Assembly (NCBI GenBank): GCA_965223545.1
Contig: OZ245006.1
Coordinates: forward strand, 7,776,001 to 7,840,000
Direction of reading: 5' to 3'
DNA: 64,000 bases
Source: Planctomycetota bacterium
GTDB lineage: Bacteria; Planctomycetota; UBA1135; UBA2386
Part shown: in pieces, positions 52,812-60,528 of the stretch
Layout: each line of letters begins with the position of its first letter
How positions within the stretch are numbered: the first letter of the stretch is position 1
Made by a program: the position numbers and the translations under genes
The notes under the pieces: generated by a model
Told to the model about the DNA's origin: nothing
Seen by the model: the letters and a program-made list of their open reading frames with translations, nothing else
Database searches by the model: none

Positions 52812-55503
52812 ACAGCTGCGACTCGACATTGACGCGCGGGGTGCGCGGCAAGGTGGGCGTCAGGCTGAGCAGGCGACGGATCGCGTAGCGGCGAGCGCGA
52901 AGCGGGCCGATCGCGCGATCAACAAGTTCGACGGTGAGCTGCGGACGATGGGGCGGACGACGCGTTCGCTGCTTGGTCCGCTGTTGGGGCTGGGTGGTGC
53001 GTTCACGGGGATCGCGGCGGCCCGGCAGGGGATCAGCACGATCGCGGGCTTTGAGCGATCGATGGCGCAGCTGCAGGGCGTTGCGACTGCGTCGGCCGGA
53101 TCGCTGGCCGAGGCCCAAGCGCAGATGGTCGAGCTCGAGGATGCTGCCCGCAACCTCGGCGCCACGACCGAGTTCTCGGCGAGCCAGGCGGCCGAAGGCT
53201 TGCTCTTCCTGTCTCGCGCAGGGTTCACCGTCCAAGAGTCGCTGCAGGCGATCCAGCCCACCATCAACGCGGCGTTGGCCGGCCAGGTCGACTTCGCGCA
53301 GGCGGCCGACATTGTCTCGAACGTCATCAAGCAGTTCGAGCTGAACGCATCGAGCGCAACCAAGGTTGTCGACGACCTGGTCATCGTCAGCAACCGGTCG
53401 AACACGTCGTTTGCGCAGCTTGCGGATGCGCTTGTGGTCGCAGGGCCGATCGCGCAGCAACTCGGCATCTCGCTAGAGGAGACTGCGTCCGCGATCGGTG
53501 TACTTGGCGATGCCGGTATCCAGACGAGCCAGGCGGGCACGAACCTGCGGCAGATCATGCTCAACCTCATCGACCCGAGCGATGAGGCCCGGAAGACGAT
53601 CGAGGCGCTGGGGTTGTCGTTCGAGCAGATCGACCCGCGGCGAGTTGGTCTTGATGGGGCGTTTCAAGCGCTGGCTGCAGCTGGTCTCGATGCCGCCGCG
53701 GCCACGCAGGTGTTCGAGGCACGCAACGTCGCCGCCGCCGGTGTGCTCAAGAACTCCGTCGACCGGATGCGGGAGCTGGAGGAGGCGACTGGGCGGTTCC
53801 AGGGTGAGGCGCAGAAGGCGTCGGACCTGGTTGCCAACACGCTATCGGGGTCGTTCAAGTCGTTCCGGTCCTCTCTCGAGGAACTCATGCTCGTCCTCGG
53901 CGAGAGCGGTCTGGACTCGGCCCTCAAAGAGATCGTCGACTTCTCAACCGACGTAGTGCGCGCGTTGGCAGGGATGGAGGGTGGCGCGGAAGGGTTTGCG
54001 GATGGCGCTGAGACTGCAGCCTCTGCCGCGAAGGTCCTGGCTGTGGCCCTTGGAACGGCGGGGTTGGCGGGGTCTTTGTCGCTGGCCGCAGGGGCGGTGC
54101 GGGGGCTAGGCGCAGCAATGCGCGCGAACCCAATCGCGGCCGCACTCACTGTTGGGTTTGCAGCCGCCACCGCCGCTACGGAGCTGCTCACAAGCAAGTT
54201 GAGGGACCTGCGGAAAGAGCAGGAGCTGGTTAACCAGACCGCGGCCGAGTTTGCCAAGTTCAACCCTCAGCTGGAGGCTGAAGTCCTCTCGCCCATCCAA
54301 CGTGTCCCTGACAACTTCATCGTGCAAGACGCACGCGAGGCTGCGGAGATCTTCCAGGAGATGGGGGAGAGCTTTGACCAGGCGTTTCTGGAGGTCGCTC
54401 AGGGTGGACTCAAGTTCCAGAGGGAGCAGATCGAATCCGAGATCGCGCGGCTGCGATCCGTGGAAGCGAAGATCTTCGCGAACCGGGCAGCGCTCGGTGA
54501 TGACCCTGCGTCACAACAAGCGCGCGCTCAGGCGGATGCACTCCTCGCAACAGCAAGGAACGAGCAAGAGAGACTGAGTCTGCTAGCCAGAAACGAGGCC
54601 CGTGAGGAACGGGCGAAACTGTTGCTCGAGGGGTTTCTGAGAGACAAAGAGCTTGCAGAGCAGCTCCGTCGCCAGGCCGAGGAGGAGGCAGCCCGCGAAC
54701 GAGAGCATGCCGCCGAGGTTCGCCGTGTGGCGAACGTGCAAGCGGGAGATCAGCTTGCGGGAGAGTTCCTCCGCCCGTTTCAGGAAGAAGCCCGCATCCT
54801 TCGGGAAACAGGAGATGCGCGCCAACGCGTCGTCGCCCTGATCGAGCTGGAGAACCTGGCGCGCGAGTCGGGGATCAAGCTCGAGGAAGTTCTAGCGGGG
54901 AAGCGGCTGGATCGCGTGCTCGATGAGCAGCAATCGCTAGAGAATGAGATCCTCTCCCGGAGAGAGCTCGAGCTGACTTTCGGGGATGTTGGGGCGACGA
55001 TCGGCGAGGCCCTCGGCCGCGGCATCCTGGATGCGATCGAGGGTGGCGACCTCGAGGAGATCGGCCAGTCGATCCTGCGCCAGATTGCGCAGGGGGCTGC
55101 CGAGAACTTCGTGGTCAAGCCACTGGCAGGTCTCGGGAACGAGTTGTTCGGGGCCTTGGGGTCAGCGATCGGCACGGCTCTCGGCGGCCGCGTTGGATCA
55201 ACCCAGGCAACTGGCGCCACGGGCACTCAGGCAGCCAACAACCAGTTGAACCAGCTCGGTCTCCCGACCTACGCGCCGGCTCGTTTCGCCGCCCCCAGCG
55301 TCTTCGAGCCTCGGGTGCCTCTCCCGTTTTCCGGAGCCCCAACGTTTCCGGATGGCTCTCGCGTCGCTCCTGGCGCGTCAAGCCCGACCGGTCGCGGCAA
55401 TGCCCCAATCATCATCAACGTCCAGTCGACCGACCAGGCCGTTCGGACTGCGCGCCAGATGAACGAGCAGCGCAAGCGCGAGATCATGGGAAGGCGGCGC
55501 TAA
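52798..55503 (+). CDS. Tape measure protein (TP901-type core)
   Basis: LGATTEFSASQAAEGL..L.RAG, GIQTSQAGTNLR. Confidence 0.92.
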   Translation: MPTVEQLRLDIDARGARQGGRQAEQATDRVAASAKRADRAINKFDGELRTMGRTTRSLLGPLLGLGGAFTGIAAARQGISTIAGFERSMAQLQGVATASAGSLAEAQAQMVELEDAARNLGATTEFSASQAAEGLLFLSRAGFTVQESLQAIQPTINAALAGQVDFAQAADIVSNVIKQFELNASSATKVVDDLVIVSNRSNTSFAQLADALVVAGPIAQQLGISLEETASAIGVLGDAGIQTSQAGTNLRQIMLNLIDPSDEARKTIEALGLSFEQIDPRRVGLDGAFQALAAAGLDAAAATQVFEARNVAAAGVLKNSVDRMRELEEATGRFQGEAQKASDLVANTLSGSFKSFRSSLEELMLVLGESGLDSALKEIVDFSTDVVRALAGMEGGAEGFADGAETAASAAKVLAVALGTAGLAGSLSLAAGAVRGLGAAMRANPIAAALTVGFAAATAATELLTSKLRDLRKEQELVNQTAAEFAKFNPQLEAEVLSPIQRVPDNFIVQDAREAAEIFQEMGESFDQAFLEVAQGGLKFQREQIESEIARLRSVEAKIFANRAALGDDPASQQARAQADALLATARNEQERLSLLARNEAREERAKLLLEGFLRDKELAEQLRRQAEEEAAREREHAAEVRRVANVQAGDQLAGEFLRPFQEEARILRETGDARQRVVALIELENLARESGIKLEEVLAGKRLDRVLDEQQSLENEILSRRELELTFGDVGATIGEALGRGILDAIEGGDLEEIGQSILRQIAQGAAENFVVKPLAGLGNELFGALGSAIGTALGGRVGSTQATGATGTQAANNQLNQLGLPTYAPARFAAPSVFEPRVPLPFSGAPTFPDGSRVAPGASSPTGRGNAPIIINVQSTDQAVRTARQMNEQRKREIMGRRR

Positions 55504-56526
55504 ATGGCGTTCCGCGAGACGCTGTTCCCCACGTCGATCTCATGGGGTAGCTCCGGCGGTCCTGGCTACCGCGCCGACGCCCAGGAGTGGCACAACGGCG
55601 GAGGCCTGCAGCGCTCGCTCAACCAGCTGCCGCTGCGAGTCTGGAACGTCCAGCATCGACTGACCACGGCGGTCAGGGCCTCGGCGTTGCTGGACTTCTA
55701 CCGAGCTCGAGGCGGCCCTGCCGACGGGTTCCGTTTCGAGGACTGGACCGACTACTCGACCGATTCGAAGCACAGCGTTGTCCCGACGCTGGCGAGCCTG
55801 GCCGACACGCGCAACCTGCACCTCCTCGGCTGCGGTGACGGGATTGGTGCGATCACTTTCCAGGCACGCAAGCACTACCGCCGCAACGGCTACGTCCGCA
55901 GCCGCCCGATCCAGAAGCTCAAGCTGCCGGGTGACCCCAAGGCTTGGCTCAGGGTCTACGCGCTCGTCGGGCTCTCGCTCATTGAGCTGTTCGAGGGGCC
56001 GGGCTACAGCGTCAACCGGAGCACTGGCCAGATCACGATCCCGGCGGCCATCCCCCGGGGCACGCAGGTGCTGTGGTCGGGGACCTTCGACGTCGCGGCG
56101 CAGTTCGACCCGACCGTGACGGAGCAGTTCCTTCAGCAGCAGGTCGACTACATCCGCAACGCGGGCGACGAGGAGGGCGTCTACGCCATGGCTCCTGTCG
56201 TCGTCCGAGAGATCGCCAACGGCATCGAAGACGCTGAGCCACGGTTCGCTGGCCGGCACGCGGACGTGTCGTTCGGCATCGACTACCAGCTGTCGTTCGG
56301 GCCCGGCGCGTCGCAGAGCCTGACCGCAACCGCGGGCGGGTTGACCGCCTACCTTCCGAAGCGCGACGGCGTGCCCGAGGGCGGCCCAATCATGTGGCTG
56401 CACAACGCCGGCTCAAACACGTTCCGGCTGGCTGACTTCGACAACAACACCGTGGTCAGCTCGTTCGCCGCAGGCGAGACGGTTCGGCTCTACACGCGAG
56501 ATGAGGCGGGTTGGCTGGGGGTGTGA
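55504..56526 (+). CDS. DUF2460-like distal tail protein, copy 1
   Basis: FRETLFPTSISWGSSGGPG, FYRARGGPADGFRFEDWTDY, G.GDG, FDV..FD. Confidence 0.8.
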   Translation: MAFRETLFPTSISWGSSGGPGYRADAQEWHNGGGLQRSLNQLPLRVWNVQHRLTTAVRASALLDFYRARGGPADGFRFEDWTDYSTDSKHSVVPTLASLADTRNLHLLGCGDGIGAITFQARKHYRRNGYVRSRPIQKLKLPGDPKAWLRVYALVGLSLIELFEGPGYSVNRSTGQITIPAAIPRGTQVLWSGTFDVAAQFDPTVTEQFLQQQVDYIRNAGDEEGVYAMAPVVVREIANGIEDAEPRFAGRHADVSFGIDYQLSFGPGASQSLTATAGGLTAYLPKRDGVPEGGPIMWLHNAGSNTFRLADFDNNTVVSSFAAGETVRLYTRDEAGWLGV

Positions 56527-56705
56527 GTGCCCCATGCCATGGGGAATCTCGAACTTTCTCGATCGCGCAAGCGCCGGTGCTGTCGAGGTTTGCGCCCTGA
56601 GATGCCCGTGCTGTCGTCGCGTCCGCGCTCGGGCTGAGTCAACTCGGCCTAGAATCTAGACGATGCTGACGAACCGGGTGTCCCCGCGCCCGGGGGGGGT
56701 GCGCC

Positions 56706-57227
56706 ATGACATCCGTGCTCGAGGTTGCAAAGTACGTACAGGCAAGGGTTGGTTCTGACTCCAACACGCTGAAGGTCCAGAAGCTGTGCTACTACGCGCA
56801 GGCGTGGCATCTTGCGTGGACGGGGACGCCCTTGTTCGCGGAGCGGATCGAGGCGTGGAGGCTCGGGCCGGTGTGCCCGATCCTCTACGACGCTCAGTAC
56901 CACCAGCAAGAAAAGTTGGTGGGCGAGGGCAAGTTGTCCGAGAAGCAGCGGTTGGTAGTCGACCAAGTGCTGGAGGCTTACGGCAACAAGTCTCCCGGCG
57001 AGCTGTCGGAGCTGACGCATCGGGAGGATCCGTGGCGTGATGCGCGTGGCGACGTGAGTCCCGAGGCGCGGACGAACACCGAGATCTCCCAGGCCGCGAT
57101 GCAGAGCTACTTCTCGGACCAGAAGCTAGCCAGGAGCGAGGAGGAGTGGTCTTCGGATCAATCCTTCGAGGACTTGGCGCGCTCTCTGGCCCGTCAGTAC
57201 TCCAGTCTGCTGCATCGGTTGGCGTGA
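56706..57227 (+). CDS. Panacea (DUF4065/SocA-like) antitoxin
   Basis: LKVQKLCYYAQAWHL...PLF.ERIEAW.LGPV, LSELTHREDPW. Confidence 0.9.
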   Translation: MTSVLEVAKYVQARVGSDSNTLKVQKLCYYAQAWHLAWTGTPLFAERIEAWRLGPVCPILYDAQYHQQEKLVGEGKLSEKQRLVVDQVLEAYGNKSPGELSELTHREDPWRDARGDVSPEARTNTEISQAAMQSYFSDQKLARSEEEWSSDQSFEDLARSLARQYSSLLHRLA

Positions 57228-57616
57228 CTACCTGGCTGCCGAGCCAAGATGAGGTCCTCTTCTTGCATCGCCTCGCCCTGGAGAATGGCGGGGGGCAGTC
57301 AGGGGTTCGTGACGAAGCAGCCCTCAAATCTTGCATTGCGCAGCCATCCGGCAGTTTCGCCGGGCGCGACTTGTACGAGGGCACGGTTGCCAAGGTCGTG
57401 CAGCTGGGCTTCCTGATCATCCAGAACCACCCGTTTTTCGATGGCAACAAGCGGACCGGACACATGGCGTTGGTAACGACGTTGGCCGCGAACGGCTGGT
57501 TCCTCCTGGCTACTGACGACGAGCTCCATGACGAGATCATCAGAGTGGCGGAGGGGCGCTCGACTCGCGATCAGTTCCTCGAACGTGTCCGCTACTGGGC
57601 CCAGAGAAGGGTCTAG
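57224..57616 (+). CDS. doc: Doc (Fic-family) toxin
   Basis: GVRDEAAL.S...P, NHPFFDGNKRTG; GTGA coupling to the antitoxin. Confidence 0.9.
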   Translation: MTTWLPSQDEVLFLHRLALENGGGQSGVRDEAALKSCIAQPSGSFAGRDLYEGTVAKVVQLGFLIIQNHPFFDGNKRTGHMALVTTLAANGWFLLATDDELHDEIIRVAEGRSTRDQFLERVRYWAQRRV

Positions 57617-57635
57617 CCAAGCCCTTCGGGGTGGC
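57616..57635 (+). terminator. Hairpin after the TA pair
   Basis: GCCA-AG-CCC-TTCG-GGG-TGGC; no U-tract. Confidence 0.3.
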
Positions 57636-57753
57636 GCCCACCTCCCGGCAAGGATAGCCTGACATTCGGAGATAGCTGGGCGCCCGCCGAGACCGCGGTG
57701 CGCACACGCACGACAAGATCAGAACTCGGTAGCTGGGCCCCGGAGCGGTGCTG

Positions 57754-58836
57754 ATGGGGTTCCAGCACCGCAACACGTTCCAGCGCTGCTCGGGCTTCGG
57801 CACGTCAACAGGACCGCGACACTCGGTCATCACCGCCGTTGCGGACAGCGGCCGCGTTGTGCGCAAAGGCCAATGGACCGCGAACCAGACCCGCCTCTCG
57901 ATCGACCTCGACCTGTCCGGCATGGCGCGCGACACGATCGCCGACGTGCTGTCGCAGTTGCACGTCGCACGCGGCCCGGCATTCGGATTTCCCGTGCGGG
58001 ACTGGGCGGACTGGTCGACCCACCCGAATCACGACAGCGCGCCAAATCCCGCCGACCCCACACACTGGACCTTCATCGGCCTCGGCAACGGTGCCCTGGA
58101 CCGCTTCCCGGTCTACAAAGCGTACGGCACCGGCACTGCGACCCTTCCAAACCTGACCGAGGACCGATTCCGCCGCATCAGCAAGATCATCCCGCCTGGC
58201 GAGGACGACCACCTGATGGCGGTCTCTGTCTACACGACCGACGTTGTCGCTGGGCAGCTCACCGAGGGCACGCACTACTCCGTTGACTACGACCAAGGAT
58301 TCGTCCGCTTCGCGACTCCCCCAGCGCCAAACCTGCTGGTGGGGGCGTGCTTCGCGTTCTACACGCCGGCGCGCTTCAGCACCGAGACCGCCGGCGGCAT
58401 GGAGATCACGTACAGCGGCCCCGACGAGGCCAGCGTCGACAACGGTCGCCTGAACGAGTGCAGCCTCCAGTCCCCGGGCGAGTGGCACGACGAGTGGGAC
58501 GCTGGCGGTTGGCGTGACGTGACCGTGACGCAGGGGTCACCGCACCAGATCAAGTTCGAGGACGGCCTGTTCCAGGAGTTCTCGGGGCACAGCGCGGGCC
58601 AGGAGTTGCGGTTGCCTGATGCCCGCGACCTGACCCACAGCTACCAGGGAACGGACTGGACAACGCCAGGCGGCCCGTACTTCCTCCTGCACAACAAGGG
58701 GCCGAACAACCCTGTGCTGCGCGAGGTCGGCGGCGGCAACCTGCTGACGCAAGGATCGATCACGATGACCTTGGGTCGCGTGCTCGAGGTCCACCTCATC
58801 GACGGCACGACTCGGCAGGGGTGGTTGGCGCTGTGA
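57754..58836 (+). CDS. DUF2460-like distal tail protein, copy 2
   Basis: ARGPAFGFPVRDWADWS, G.GNG, F.FYTPARF; C-terminal extension like copy 1. Confidence 0.75.
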   Translation: MGFQHRNTFQRCSGFGTSTGPRHSVITAVADSGRVVRKGQWTANQTRLSIDLDLSGMARDTIADVLSQLHVARGPAFGFPVRDWADWSTHPNHDSAPNPADPTHWTFIGLGNGALDRFPVYKAYGTGTATLPNLTEDRFRRISKIIPPGEDDHLMAVSVYTTDVVAGQLTEGTHYSVDYDQGFVRFATPPAPNLLVGACFAFYTPARFSTETAGGMEITYSGPDEASVDNGRLNECSLQSPGEWHDEWDAGGWRDVTVTQGSPHQIKFEDGLFQEFSGHSAGQELRLPDARDLTHSYQGTDWTTPGGPYFLLHNKGPNNPVLREVGGGNLLTQGSITMTLGRVLEVHLIDGTTRQGWLAL

Positions 58837-59243
58837 GCGTTCCAGCAACATCGCCCTTCGCCCGCGGGCAGAAGGTAACCGCCCCCGAGCAGCACTGGGG
58901 CAGAGTCACCTGGCTGACGGTGGACGGGGGCGGCACGCACTACTGGCACCCTGAGCACGCGCGGCACTGGCACATCCAGATCCTCCCGGTCGTGGCGGCG
59001 GACGAAGTGTTGCTGTTGCCCTACTTCGCCAAGGCGCTGGAAGAGGGCTATGTCGGCACGATCAGCAACGACGTCAACTCAGCGCGTCGGCTGCGCATCC
59101 GTAATGCGTTCGGCGCGGCGTTGCCGAACAACCTGATCCCGATCGGGTGGCATGCGGACATCTTCCTCACCGACAACTCCACTGATCTCGGTAGTTGGCG
59201 CATCGACGTCTGGAACTCGGCAAGCCGGGTGGCGAGGTCCTGA
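58833..59243 (+). CDS. Hypothetical tail-associated protein
   Basis: Coupled within the tail operon; resembles the C-terminal extension of the DUF2460 copies. Confidence 0.5.
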   Translation: MSVPATSPFARGQKVTAPEQHWGRVTWLTVDGGGTHYWHPEHARHWHIQILPVVAADEVLLLPYFAKALEEGYVGTISNDVNSARRLRIRNAFGAALPNNLIPIGWHADIFLTDNSTDLGSWRIDVWNSASRVARS

Positions 59244-60124
59244 TGGCGTTTCGCAACGGATCGACGGTGTCTGCGCCGACGCGCACGATGCAGGTGGCGC
59301 GGCTCTTTCGCGTGATCCGCACGGACGGGCAGGAGCACTTGCTGACCGACCACGATCGGCCGGTGCGGTACCGGGGCCGGAAGTACGAGCCGGAACCGGG
59401 AGTCAACGCGCACCCGATTCGAAACGAGTCGGGTTTGCGCCCGCGAACAAGCCGGATTGGCATCCTGATCGACCAGGAGACCGGGGTCGGGCCGACATTC
59501 GACGACGTACGCAACGGGCGGCTCGATGCGGCCACCATCCACGAGAGCTGGGTTGACTGGCGCTTTCCGGATGGTGGGGGGCGTTGGTTCGGGATCTGGC
59601 AGGTGCGAGATCCGGAGCCGGGTGAGCTGGAGTGGCAGGCGGACCTGGTGCGCTGGACAGAGCTACTCGATCGCAAGATCGGCACCGTCATCGAGCCGAA
59701 CTGCGGCAACGAGCTCGGCGTCAACGACGGCGTGCGATCGTTTTGCGGCCTCGATCTCGCACCGTTCACGAAGCCGAACGTTCAAGTCACGCAGGTCACC
59801 AACCGGCGCGTGTTCACGCTCTTCGCCGCCACGGGGTCGATACACGTCGCCGACTACTACGCCGAGGGACGAGTCACTTGGCTGACCGGCCCCAACGCGG
59901 GCAGCAAGGAGAAGATCGCGGCCAGCAGCGCCAACTTCGGAGGTTTCGTGACCATCACTCTCGCGATCCCGGCCGAGGAGCTGCCGCAGACTGGGGATCG
60001 CGTCGATCTGATCGCCGGCTGCAACCACAGCCCCGATCACTGCCAGAACAAGTTCGACGCCTACCACCTCTACTTCCGCGGTCACCCATACGTCCCTGGC
60101 ACGGACAAGCTCATCAACCCATGA
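59243..60124 (+). CDS. DUF2163/BR0599 baseplate hub protein
   Basis: RTDG...TDHD, C...LG...CG.DL, AGCNHS...C.NKF...FRGHPYVPG. Confidence 0.9.
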   Translation: MAFRNGSTVSAPTRTMQVARLFRVIRTDGQEHLLTDHDRPVRYRGRKYEPEPGVNAHPIRNESGLRPRTSRIGILIDQETGVGPTFDDVRNGRLDAATIHESWVDWRFPDGGGRWFGIWQVRDPEPGELEWQADLVRWTELLDRKIGTVIEPNCGNELGVNDGVRSFCGLDLAPFTKPNVQVTQVTNRRVFTLFAATGSIHVADYYAEGRVTWLTGPNAGSKEKIAASSANFGGFVTITLAIPAEELPQTGDRVDLIAGCNHSPDHCQNKFDAYHLYFRGHPYVPGTDKLINP

Positions 60125-60528
60125 CGCTCGCCGACAGGTTCGCTGCAGAGGCCGAGGCCCTGGTCGGGATCCGCTACGTTCACCAGGGCCGGAATCCGCG
60201 CGTCGGCCTCGACTGCGCGGGCGTTGTACGCGTGGCCGCGCAACGTGTCGGGCTCGTGCTGAGCGATTTCCTCGGCTACAGCAAGCGGCCTCGGTGGCGT
60301 GACCTCGAGCGCGTGCTGGTGGCGAACTTCGGCAAGTCGGTCGCTAGGCGGCCGCGGAGGGGCGACATCGTTCCGCTGCGCTGGGAGGCGTGGCCGGAGC
60401 CGAATCATCTTGGCGTTGTGATCGATGGGCAACGGTTCGTGACGTCTGAGCGCGAGATGCGGCATGTCTACATCGCCAAGCTCGCGAACTGGGAGGGGCG
60501 GGTGATGCCTGCCTACGAGGTGGCCTGA
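60121..60528 (+). CDS. NlpC/P60 tail peptidase
   Basis: YVHQGRNPRVGLDCAG, GD, HLG. Confidence 0.9.
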   Translation: MTLADRFAAEAEALVGIRYVHQGRNPRVGLDCAGVVRVAAQRVGLVLSDFLGYSKRPRWRDLERVLVANFGKSVARRPRRGDIVPLRWEAWPEPNHLGVVIDGQRFVTSEREMRHVYIAKLANWEGRVMPAYEVA

